Positions 24,861-32,831 of a DNA stretch of 61,493 bases are shown here, one piece after another. The stretch covers positions 1 through 61,493 of the forward strand of contig CAMOZZ010000001.1 in NCBI GenBank assembly GCA_946631165.1, given 5' to 3'. The translations under genes and the position numbers were made by a program. The stretch is from an uncultured Lachnospiraceae bacterium. Lineage in GTDB: Bacteria; Bacillota; Clostridia; Lachnospirales; Lachnospiraceae. The stretch's first letter is position 1. Each line of letters opens with the position of its first letter. Below the pieces are notes generated by a model. It saw only the letters and a list, made by a program, of their open reading frames with translations, was not told where the DNA came from and ran no database searches.

Positions 24861-26660
24861 ATGGATATTACAAAAGACATCCGCTATGTCGGTGTCAATG
24901 ATCATGAGATCGACCTGTTTGAAGGACAGTACGTTGTTCCGCTGGGGATGGCTTACAACTCTTATGTGATCGTTGACGAGCGCATCGCGGTCATGGATAC
25001 TGTGGATCAGAATTTTACCGATGAATGGCTCGGAAATGTGGATTCCGTACTGAACGGAAGAAAGCCGGACCTGCTGATCATCCAGCATATGGAGCCGGAT
25101 CATTCCGCCAGCATAAAGCGGTTCTGCGAAGTCTATCCGGATGTTGTCCTGATCGGCAACGAGCTGACATTCACCATGATGGATCAGTTCTTCCCGGAGG
25201 GGATCAAGGCTTCCCGCGTTATGGTAAAGAACGGGGAAAGCATTTCTCTGGGCAGCCATAAGCTGACATTTGTTTTCGCACCGATGGTCCATTGGCCGGA
25301 GGTCATGGTTACCTACGACAGCACAGACAAGGTGCTGTTCTCAGCGGACGGTTTCGGAAAATTCGGCGCAAATGATGTGGAGGATCCGGAAGGCTGGGCG
25401 TGCGAAGCCCGCCGCTACTATTTCGGCATCGTCGGCAAGTACGGCGCACAGACCCAGGATCTGTTAAAAGCCGCTGCCGGTCTGGATATTCAGATCATCT
25501 GCCCGCTGCACGGCCCGGTGCTGAAAGAGGATCTGGGGTATTACCTTGATCTTTATAACAAATGGTCTTCCTACGTTCCCGAGGAGGAAGGCATCCTGAT
25601 CGCCTATACCTCCGTTTACGGCCATACGAAAGAGGCGGTGCTTAAGCTGGCGGAGCTCCTGAAAGCCCGTGCATGCCCGAAAGTGTCGGTGATGGATCTG
25701 GCCCGTGATGACATGCCGGAAACAGTGGAGGATGCATTCCGCTACAGCAAGATCGTGCTTGCCACGACGACCTACAACGGCGAAATTTTCCCGTTCATGC
25801 GCGAGTTCATCAATCATCTTACCGAACGCAATTATCAGAACCGCACGGTAGCCTTTATAGAGAACGGCACATGGGCGCCGATGGCGGCGAAAGTCATGCG
25901 GGAGATGTTCGGAGACAATCCGAAGCTTGAATTTGCAAAGACGACAGTCACGATCAATTCCGCGCTCAATGCGCAGAGTGAAGCGGCGCTGGTGAAGCTG
26001 GCCGACGAGCTCTGCCGCGAGTATGTGGCGCAGTCTTCCGAGCTGGCGAACAAGAATGACAAGACAGCCATGTTCAAGATCGGCTATGGTCTGTATGTCA
26101 TCACCAGCAATGACGGCAAAAAAGACAACGGCTTCATCGGCAACACTGTTGCGCAGGTCGCGAGCGATCCCAACCTGATCGCGGTATGCATCAATAAAGC
26201 GAACTACAGCCATGATACGATCAAAGAGACCGGCATCATGAATATCAATTTCCTGGATGTGACAACACCGTTTTCCGTCTTCCAGCACTTCGGCTTCCAG
26301 AGCGGAAGGAACGTGGACAAGTTTGCAGACTGCGAGAAGGAACTGCGGACAGACAACGGACTTATTTTCCTGCCGAAGTACATTAACGGTGTGATGTCTC
26401 TGAAAGTCGAAAGTTACACGGATCTCGGAAGCCACGGCATGTTCCTCTGCAGCGTGACGGAGATGCGCGTCATGAGCGACAAAGAATCTGTTACCTACAG
26501 CTATTACCAGAGCAATATCAAGCCGAAGCCGCAGCCGACAAAGAAGAAAGGCTTTGTCTGCAAGGTGTGCGGATACGTCTATGAAGGCGATGAGCTGCCG
26601 GCGGATTTCATCTGCCCGCTCTGCAAACATGGCGCGGATGATTTCGAACCGATCGGCTAA
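24861..26660 (+). CDS. Multidomain flavodiiron protein (MBL-like diiron, flavodoxin, flavin-reductase-like and rubredoxin domains)
   Basis: The diiron motif 'HMEPDHS' (HxExDH) and a flavodoxin-like segment 'ILIAYTSVYGHTKE' are present. A flavin-reductase-like split-barrel segment ('YGLYVITSNDGKKDNGFIGNTV') follows. The C-terminal rubredoxin is 'CKVCGYVYEG...CPLCKHG'. Confidence 0.85.
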   Translation: MDITKDIRYVGVNDHEIDLFEGQYVVPLGMAYNSYVIVDERIAVMDTVDQNFTDEWLGNVDSVLNGRKPDLLIIQHMEPDHSASIKRFCEVYPDVVLIGNELTFTMMDQFFPEGIKASRVMVKNGESISLGSHKLTFVFAPMVHWPEVMVTYDSTDKVLFSADGFGKFGANDVEDPEGWACEARRYYFGIVGKYGAQTQDLLKAAAGLDIQIICPLHGPVLKEDLGYYLDLYNKWSSYVPEEEGILIAYTSVYGHTKEAVLKLAELLKARACPKVSVMDLARDDMPETVEDAFRYSKIVLATTTYNGEIFPFMREFINHLTERNYQNRTVAFIENGTWAPMAAKVMREMFGDNPKLEFAKTTVTINSALNAQSEAALVKLADELCREYVAQSSELANKNDKTAMFKIGYGLYVITSNDGKKDNGFIGNTVAQVASDPNLIAVCINKANYSHDTIKETGIMNINFLDVTTPFSVFQHFGFQSGRNVDKFADCEKELRTDNGLIFLPKYINGVMSLKVESYTDLGSHGMFLCSVTEMRVMSDKESVTYSYYQSNIKPKPQPTKKKGFVCKVCGYVYEGDELPADFICPLCKHGADDFEPIG

Positions 26661-26685
26661 CAGGGACGGAATACAGGTTGATACA

Positions 26686-26716
26686 AAGAGGCTCATTGGT
26701 ATAATGGGCCTCTTTT
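26686..26716 (+). terminator. Rho-independent terminator
   Basis: 12-bp stem AAGAGGCTCATT/AATGGGCCTCTT containing one G-U pair, with a 5-nt loop, followed by TTTT. Confidence 0.7.
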
Positions 26717-26761
26717 CAGATGGCTCCGATTGCGTTAAAATGACCGCAGGAGTGTAGAAAA

Positions 26762-27877
26762 ATGCTGGCAGGAATGACGTATTACGAAATTGCAAGTTAT
26801 TTTATGATTTATTCCTTTATCGGATGGTGTGTGGAAGTGATCTACCATGCAGTAAAGGTCGGAAAGGTGATCAACAGGGGCTTCCTGTGCGGACCGGTCT
26901 GCCCGGTATACGGCTTCGGGATCCTGGCCGTGTTCGCCATGACGAAAAGCGTACTGCCGTCTCTGGCAAATATGTCTGAAAGCAGGCTGACAGACGGAGA
27001 CCGGCTTTCGGAGGTCCTCATCGTATTTCTGTGCTGCATGATCCTGGCGACAGCGGTCGAGCTGGCGGCAGGCTGGATCCTTGATATGGCTTTTCACGCA
27101 AGATGGTGGGATTACAGCAAAGAGCCTTTCAATCTGAACGGATATATCTGCCTTCGCTTCAGTATGATCTGGGGCGCGGCAGGAGTGTTTGTCGTCAGGA
27201 TCATCCAGCCGGTGATGGAAAATGCATCCGCTTATCAGCTGCCGGAAAAATACGGCTGGCCGCTGTTGGCGGCTGTCTATGCGGTCTATCTTTTTGACTT
27301 CATTGTCACGGTAATGATCGTAGCCGGCATGAATAAACAGCTGGAAGAACTGGATGAGATCAAAAAGAACCTTCGCCGCGTCAGCGATGATCTGAGCGAA
27401 CGGATCGGAGGCGGCACGATCGAGACGCAGCAGAAGCTTGAAGAATCCAGGGTGCAGGCTGCCCTGGCCGGTTATGAATTCCGGGATGAGCTGGAAGAAA
27501 AGCGACGTGAATATGAAGCCCGGAAAGCGGAGATCCGGAGAAAGTCTGCAGCCAGACGCCTGGACTTTGAAAAGCAGATGGAGGAACTGTCGGAAAAGGC
27601 GGAAGAGAGACGTGCCGAACTGGAACAGCAAAGAGCAAAGCAGAAAGAAGAGATCGAAAAACAGATGGCCGAGATCGACAGGCAGCGGGAAGCCTTTGAA
27701 CAGCAGATCCGGGATATGCTCAGGCAGCGCACGGATCTGGCTGACAGAGCCGAAAAGCTGAAAGAAAAGATGCTGGCACGGCGTTTTGCCGGCAGCGGCA
27801 GGCTCCTGAATGCCTTCCCGTGGATGAAGCACAGGAAATTCCAGGATATCATAAAAGAACTGCAGAGCAGGAAATGA
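26762..27877 (+). CDS. Membrane protein (putative ABC-transporter type IV / PF06541-like N-terminus) with a long charged coiled-coil C-terminus
   Basis: The N-terminal 'YSFIGWCVEVIYH...NRGFLCGPVCPVYGFG' segment matches my recollection of PF06541. About 170 C-terminal residues are E/K/R/Q-rich with heptad character. Confidence 0.6.
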   Translation: MLAGMTYYEIASYFMIYSFIGWCVEVIYHAVKVGKVINRGFLCGPVCPVYGFGILAVFAMTKSVLPSLANMSESRLTDGDRLSEVLIVFLCCMILATAVELAAGWILDMAFHARWWDYSKEPFNLNGYICLRFSMIWGAAGVFVVRIIQPVMENASAYQLPEKYGWPLLAAVYAVYLFDFIVTVMIVAGMNKQLEELDEIKKNLRRVSDDLSERIGGGTIETQQKLEESRVQAALAGYEFRDELEEKRREYEARKAEIRRKSAARRLDFEKQMEELSEKAEERRAELEQQRAKQKEEIEKQMAEIDRQREAFEQQIRDMLRQRTDLADRAEKLKEKMLARRFAGSGRLLNAFPWMKHRKFQDIIKELQSRK

Positions 27878-27940
27878 CAGGAGAGACTATTTGTGGTATA
27901 GTCTCTGCTGTGTGTCAGAAACAGAGAAAGAGGAATTCCG

Positions 27941-29293
27941 ATGTCTGAAGTAAGAGAAAACAAAATGGGAACGGAACCGGTCCCGCAGCTGCTTCTTTCC
28001 ATGGCACTGCCGATGATGTTCTCCATGCTTGTGCAGGCTACCTACAATATCGTGGACAGCATCTTCGTTTCCAGGATCAATGAAGCGGCCCTTACGGCTG
28101 TTTCCATGGCGTTTCCGATCCAGAACCTGATGATCGCCGTGGCTACCGGCACCGGCGTCGGAATCAATGCGCTGCTGTCCAGGAGTCTGGGCGAGAAGAA
28201 TCAGAAAACAGCGGATGAAGCCGCCAACATGGGTGTGTTCCTGGCGGTCATGAGCTATATCGCATTTCTGATCGTCGGACTGACTGTACCGGAACTATTC
28301 ATGAGGGCACAGACACCGTATGAAGATATCATTGCTTACGGCATTGAATATACCAGGATCGTGACCGTCTTTTCCTTCGGTATTTTTGGGGAAATTGTCC
28401 TGGAGCGCCTGATGCAGGCGACCGGAAAGACTTTCCTGTCCATGATCGTCCAGCTGGTCGGCGCGGTGATAAACATCGTCTTTGATCCGATTCTGATCTT
28501 CGGCCTGCTCGGTTTTCCTGCGATGGGCGTGACCGGTGCGGCGATCGCAACGGTAGGCGGACAGATTGTCGGCATGATCGTCGGCATCTTCCTGAATCAT
28601 TTCCTGAACACGGAGATCAGACTGTCTGTCAAAGAGATCTTCAGCCCGAAGCTCCAGATCATCGCGCGTATTTATTCCGTCGGCGTACCTTCGATCCTCA
28701 TGGCGTCGATCGGGTCTGTCATGACGTTCTGCATGAACAAGATCCTGATGGGATTCTCCTCCACCGCAACAGCGGTGTTCGGGATCTATTTCAAGATCCA
28801 GAGCTTCTTCTTCATGCCCATGTTCGGCATCAACAACGGTATGGTGCCGATTGTCGCCTATAATTATGGCGCGAGGAAGAGACAGCGGATCATGGATGCG
28901 GTGAAATACGCACAGATCTATGCGACGATCATCCTGTTCTTCGGACTGCTCCTGTTTGAAGGCTTTCCGGGATGGGTGCTGGGCCTGTTCAATGCCTCTG
29001 ACCATATGCTGGAGATCGGCGTGCCGGCACTGCGGATCATCTGCACCAGCTATGTGTTCGCTTCGTACTGTATCGTTACCGGTTCGTTCTTCCAGGCGCT
29101 CGGGAACGGCGTTTACACGCTGATCATGTCTGCGGCACGACAGCTTCTTGTGCTGGTCCCGGCAGCATATCTGCTGTCGCTCTCCGGAAATCTGCTTCTG
29201 GTATGGCTGGCTTATCCGCTGGCAGAAATCGCGTCTGTCAGTATGTGTATGTTCCTCAAACGCAGGATCATCCGGGAAAAGCTGATGTTCTGA
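27941..29293 (+). CDS. MATE family efflux transporter
   Basis: 450 aa with about 12 TM segments and the typical MATE N-terminus ('LPMMFSMLVQATYNIVDSIFV'). Confidence 0.88.
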   Translation: MSEVRENKMGTEPVPQLLLSMALPMMFSMLVQATYNIVDSIFVSRINEAALTAVSMAFPIQNLMIAVATGTGVGINALLSRSLGEKNQKTADEAANMGVFLAVMSYIAFLIVGLTVPELFMRAQTPYEDIIAYGIEYTRIVTVFSFGIFGEIVLERLMQATGKTFLSMIVQLVGAVINIVFDPILIFGLLGFPAMGVTGAAIATVGGQIVGMIVGIFLNHFLNTEIRLSVKEIFSPKLQIIARIYSVGVPSILMASIGSVMTFCMNKILMGFSSTATAVFGIYFKIQSFFFMPMFGINNGMVPIVAYNYGARKRQRIMDAVKYAQIYATIILFFGLLLFEGFPGWVLGLFNASDHMLEIGVPALRIICTSYVFASYCIVTGSFFQALGNGVYTLIMSAARQLLVLVPAAYLLSLSGNLLLVWLAYPLAEIASVSMCMFLKRRIIREKLMF

Positions 29294-29342
29294 CGGTATG
29301 CAGGGAAGACAGGGACCGATTGCACGGACTCCTGAATTATTC

Positions 29343-29371
29343 TTGACAGACAGCCTGATCTGTGATAAATA
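29343..29371 (+). promoter_or_regulatory. Promoter-like element (TTGACA-17-TGaTAAATA) with no obvious gene
   Basis: TTGACA at 29343-29348 and an extended -10-like element at 29363-29371. A terminator hairpin begins only about 15 nt further on. Confidence 0.3.
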
Positions 29372-29384
29372 AGAAACGAAAAGC

Positions 29385-29421
29385 AAAGGCGCTTTGTCCG
29401 TTGGGCAAAGTGTCTTTTTTT
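29385..29421 (+). terminator. Rho-independent terminator (probably for the MATE gene)
   Basis: A stem centred on CTTTGTCC/GGGCAAAG, extended by flanking pairs, with a 3-nt loop and 7 T's. Confidence 0.65.
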
Positions 29422-29602
29422 CAGCTGCCTCTGCCAGCCGCCGGCTGAAATCATCACATTCCGGTTTTCATTTCCCCGGAGGTATGCTAAAATGAATGCC
29501 TGAAGCGGGCACAGGCGTTCTGTCACCGGTATCTGAGACGCCTCTGCAGCCAGGCTTTACCGTACGGCACGGTAATCAGGACAGCGGAAAGGCGGGGCTT
29601 TT

Positions 29603-30583
29603 ATGAACAACAGGATAAAATACATGCTGCTGATCATGGCTGCAGTCATGCTTGCAGCGGCACCGGCTGTCATGGCGAAGGCGCATTATGAAATCGCGAC
29701 AGAACAGGAGTATATCATGGACAGCGGCAGCTGGCAGCTTCTGAACGATATCGCCTATACCTATAATAAAAGCGGCCTTGTCTCGGAATGCAGAAGCGTT
29801 TTCAGGGTCGAGGATGGCGCGGATGCAGAGACCGGCGAAGCGATCTTTCAGGACCATGTACAGACCGATGCCTACAGATATAACAGCAAAGGGCTGCTGA
29901 CAAGCCAGATCACGAAGACGGATGGGAAAGAGACGTTCAGAAAAACTGTTTCGTATGACAGGAAAATGAATGTGCTGAGCGAAAAAAACTATAATGACAG
30001 AAAGATAACTGACAGCTATGTCAACACGTACGATAAAAAAGGAAATATGACCCGGTCGGTCCATCGCAATTATGCAGAAGGAAAAAAGACGACCGTAAAG
30101 ATCCGGTATGATCAGAAAGGCAATCCGGTCAAACGGACGGAGACAGACAAAGACGGCAATTATGTCAGCGTAACGACATATCAGTATTATTATAAAGGAA
30201 AGAAACTGATCAAAGAAACGGAACAGTTTGACAATTATGCCGGCATTGACGGCGACTTTATCCTGACGACGACCTATCATACAAACGGGAAGGTAAAGAA
30301 ATCTTCGATGAAGAGCGCAGCGTATTCCTGGACGGAGACCTTTGACCGGAAAGGAAGGCAGACGGGCGCAAAGCATAAATGGACCGCGAACAATTATACT
30401 TCCGTGTCAAAATACAATAAAAAAGGCCTGCTCGTAAAAGAGACCATGAGGGAAGCCGGCCTTCTGAACGTGGAGACGTATAAATATAAAACGGGAAAAA
30501 ACGGGATCGACAGCATGACTGTTTATTATAACGGTGAAGCTGTCAGGATGAAAAAGTATACTTATGTAAAGGTAAGAAACTGA
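29603..30583 (+). CDS. Secreted repeat protein with YD-like beta-hairpin repeats
   Basis: The signal peptide is 'MLLIMAAVMLAAAPAVMA'. About 9 repeats fit Y-x-Y-[DN]-x-x-G ('YTYNKSGL', 'YRYNSKGL', 'NTYDKKGN', 'IRYDQKGN', 'ETFDRKGR', 'SKYNKKGL'). Confidence 0.6.
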   Translation: MNNRIKYMLLIMAAVMLAAAPAVMAKAHYEIATEQEYIMDSGSWQLLNDIAYTYNKSGLVSECRSVFRVEDGADAETGEAIFQDHVQTDAYRYNSKGLLTSQITKTDGKETFRKTVSYDRKMNVLSEKNYNDRKITDSYVNTYDKKGNMTRSVHRNYAEGKKTTVKIRYDQKGNPVKRTETDKDGNYVSVTTYQYYYKGKKLIKETEQFDNYAGIDGDFILTTTYHTNGKVKKSSMKSAAYSWTETFDRKGRQTGAKHKWTANNYTSVSKYNKKGLLVKETMREAGLLNVETYKYKTGKNGIDSMTVYYNGEAVRMKKYTYVKVRN

Positions 30584-30636
30584 AAAAGCATTGATTCCGG
30601 CACATCCGCCGGATACCGTACCTGAAGGAGGAGCAT

Positions 30637-32055
30637 ATGGGCGGTTTTTTTGCAACGGCACTGAAAGAGGATTCTGTATTCGACCTGTTTTTCGGAACGG
30701 ATTATCACTCACATCTCGGAACCAGACGCGCCGGTATGGCGGTCTATGATCATGAACACGGCTTTGACAGGGCGATCCATAATATCGAAAATTCCCCTTT
30801 CCGGACAAAGTTTGAAAAGGATTTTCACAAGATGCACGGCAATCTCGGGATCGGCTGCATTTCGGATTATGAACCGCAGCCGCTCGTTGTGCGTTCTCAC
30901 CACGGCACCTATGCCATTACGACGGTAGGAAAGATCAATAATATCGATACGCTTATAGAGCAGGTGGTCGGCGGCAGCAGCATGCACTTCATGGAGATGC
31001 GGGGCGGCCTGATCAATGCCACCGAACTGGTCGCGGCGCTGATCAATCAGAAAGACAATCTGATCGACGGTATCCGCTATGCGCAGGATACGATCGAAGG
31101 ATCCATGACGATTCTGCTGCTTACCCCGCAGGGCGTTTATCTCGCAAGAGACAAGATGGGCCGGACGCCGGTCGTGGTCGGAAAAAAGGAGAACGGATTC
31201 TGTGCAGCGTTCGAACCCTTTGCCTATCTGAATCTCGGCTATGAACCGTTCCATGAGCTCGGTCCCGGAGAGATCGATATCATGACGCCGGAAGGCATTA
31301 CAACGCTCATTGCCCCGGGGAAGAAGATGAAGATCTGTACTTTCCTGTGGGTGTACTACGGCTATCCGTCCTCGTTCTATGAGGGCATCAGCGTGGAAAG
31401 GATGCGTTATCACTGCGGCGCGCATATGGCAAGACGTGATATGCTGCGCAAAGAAGATCTGGATATCGTCGCAGGTGTGCCGGATTCCGGTACTGCCCAT
31501 GCTGTCGGATACGCCAATGAATCCGGCATTCCGTTCTCCAGACCGTTTATCAAATACACGCCCACCTGGCCGAGATCTTTCATGCCCACGATCCAGACCC
31601 AGCGGAACCTGATTGCCAGGATGAAACTGATCCCGGTGCATGATCTGATCGAAGGGCAGCGGATCCTGCTGATCGATGATTCCATCGTCAGAGGTACCCA
31701 GCTTCGCGAGACATCGGAATTCCTGTTCCGTTCGGGCGCAAAGGAAGTGCATGTGCGTCCCGCCTGCCCGCCCCTGCTGTTCGGCTGCAAATATGTGAAT
31801 TTCTCCCGCTCGAATTCCGACATGGAACTGATCGGAAGGAGGGTGATCGCGAAGGAAGAGGGACAGGATGTATCGCTTGACGTACTTTATGATTACGCAA
31901 ATCCCGATTCCGACAGATATCATCTGATGCTCGACCGGATCAAAGAAGAGATGGGATTCACCACGCTGCAGTACAACCGTCTGGATGACATGCTCTCTGC
32001 TGTCGGCATCCCGGAGGAGCAGCTCTGCACGTATTGCTGGAACGGAAAGGAATGA
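30637..32055 (+). CDS. Amidophosphoribosyltransferase-like protein (PurF paralogue lacking the N-terminal Cys nucleophile)
   Basis: The PRTase motifs 'VPDSG' and 'ILLIDDSIVRGTQ' are present, as are Cys residues at PurF Fe-S ligand-like positions ('CTFLWVYY', 'ACPPLLFGCKY', 'CTYCWNG'). The N-terminus is 'MGGFF' rather than 'MCG'. A strong RBS (GGAGGAG) precedes the start. Confidence 0.8.
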   Translation: MGGFFATALKEDSVFDLFFGTDYHSHLGTRRAGMAVYDHEHGFDRAIHNIENSPFRTKFEKDFHKMHGNLGIGCISDYEPQPLVVRSHHGTYAITTVGKINNIDTLIEQVVGGSSMHFMEMRGGLINATELVAALINQKDNLIDGIRYAQDTIEGSMTILLLTPQGVYLARDKMGRTPVVVGKKENGFCAAFEPFAYLNLGYEPFHELGPGEIDIMTPEGITTLIAPGKKMKICTFLWVYYGYPSSFYEGISVERMRYHCGAHMARRDMLRKEDLDIVAGVPDSGTAHAVGYANESGIPFSRPFIKYTPTWPRSFMPTIQTQRNLIARMKLIPVHDLIEGQRILLIDDSIVRGTQLRETSEFLFRSGAKEVHVRPACPPLLFGCKYVNFSRSNSDMELIGRRVIAKEEGQDVSLDVLYDYANPDSDRYHLMLDRIKEEMGFTTLQYNRLDDMLSAVGIPEEQLCTYCWNGKE

Positions 32056-32139
32056 CAATGACCGCGGATCCTTCTGCCGCAGACTGCGCCGGAAGGATTC
32101 CGAAGGATAAAAAATATTTCCAAAATCGGATGAAAGCTA

Positions 32140-32168
32140 TTGACAAAATCCTTTCATTAGGATATCAT
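32140..32168 (+). promoter_or_regulatory. Sigma-A promoter (TTGACA-17-TATCAT) of the tRNA operon
   Basis: A consensus -35 at 32140-32145 and a -10 at 32163-32168, about 55 nt upstream of tRNA-Gly. Confidence 0.6.
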
Positions 32169-32222
32169 ACTTGATGCGTCTGTTCGACAGGCTGTACATA
32201 ATACTGATCGGATGACCATCTT

Positions 32223-32293
32223 GCGGGTGTAATTCAGTGGTAGAATACCAGCCTTCCAAGCTGGGTATGTGGGTTCGATTCCCATCACCCGCT
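32223..32293 (+). tRNA. tRNA-Gly (anticodon TCC)
   Basis: The cloverleaf folds by hand: acceptor GCGGGTG/CACCCGC, anticodon stem CCAGC/GCTGG with loop CTTCCAA, and T-arm GTGGG-TTCGATT-CCCAT. No CCA is encoded. Confidence 0.9.
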
Positions 32294-32331
32294 TTTGATA
32301 TCTCCGGAATTCGGAGAATCGCGGTGCTTAT

Positions 32332-32406
32332 GGTGGGTTTGGCGCAGTTGGTTAGCGCGCCAGATTGTGGCTCTGGAGGTCGTGGGTTCGAGTCCCACAT
32401 CCCACC
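32332..32406 (+). tRNA. tRNA-His (anticodon GTG)
   Basis: The extra 5' G(-1) lies opposite discriminator C. The anticodon stem is CCAGA/TCTGG with loop TTGTGGC, and the T-arm is GTGGG-TTCGAGT-CCCAC. No CCA is encoded. Confidence 0.88.
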
Positions 32407-32410
32407 TTTT

Positions 32411-32482
32411 TGGGCTATCGCCAAGCGGTAAGGCACAGGACTTTGACTCCTGCATTCGCTGGTTCGAATCCAGTTAGCCCAG
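32411..32482 (+). tRNA. tRNA-Gln (anticodon TTG)
   Basis: Acceptor TGGGCTA/TAGCCCA, anticodon stem CAGGA/TCCTG with loop CTTTGAC, and T-arm GCTGG-TTCGAAT-CCAGT. No CCA is encoded. Confidence 0.88.
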
Positions 32483-32500
32483 CTTGGTGTCAGGCACCAG

Positions 32501-32573
32501 GGGCGATTAGCTCAGGCGGTAGAGCACTTGACTTTTAATCAAGTTGTCGGGGGTTCGAATCCCCCATCGCTCA
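32501..32573 (+). tRNA. tRNA-Lys (anticodon TTT)
   Basis: Acceptor GGGCGAT/ATCGCTC with one G-U pair, anticodon stem CTTGA/TCAAG with loop CTTTTAA, and T-arm GGGGG-TTCGAAT-CCCCC. No CCA is encoded. Confidence 0.9.
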
Positions 32574-32585
32574 GAATGAAAAATT

Positions 32586-32632
32586 CCCTTGAAAATGACG
32601 GATTACCGTGATTTTCAGGGGTTTTTCTTTTT
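32586..32632 (+). terminator. Rho-independent terminator of the tRNA operon
   Basis: 11-bp stem CCCTTGAAAAT/ATTTTCAGGGG with an inner ACGG/CCGT extension, followed by TTTTTCTTTTT. Confidence 0.8.
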
Positions 32633-32655
32633 CGGCAGCCCGGAAGAAAAAGATG

Positions 32656-32684
32656 ATGACAAAATCTGCATTCTGAATTATACT
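32656..32684 (+). promoter_or_regulatory. Promoter-like element (ATGACA-17-TATACT) upstream of the HtrA-like gene
   Basis: -35-like element at 32656-32661 and -10 at 32679-32684. This would give a leader of about 140 nt. Confidence 0.4.
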
Positions 32685-32831
32685 GTGAGCAGGGAGAAGA
32701 CGGGTGTCTGAATGCTCATTCGGGCATCCGGGACATTTTGTGTCCGAATCGGTTGGCTATACTCAAGGGAAGCACCGGATCTGCGGCATTGGCCGCAGCA
32801 GGTTCGGCGCGTTTTTCTGTGGAGGTCGATC

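Noticed and set aside
25464-26795. A 443-aa minus-strand ORF antisense to the flavodiiron gene. Similar long antisense ORFs occur at 1510-2580, 9031-10431, 26735-27832, 28295-29386, 30709-32058, 34076-35020, 35947-36987, 39406-40305, 42980-44053, 48459-49394, 53767-54918, 54849-55793 and 59890-60831.
   Set aside because: Each one mirrors a confidently assigned sense gene. They have low-complexity Arg/His/Pro-rich composition, no motifs and no plausible RBS, so I treat them as shadow ORFs.
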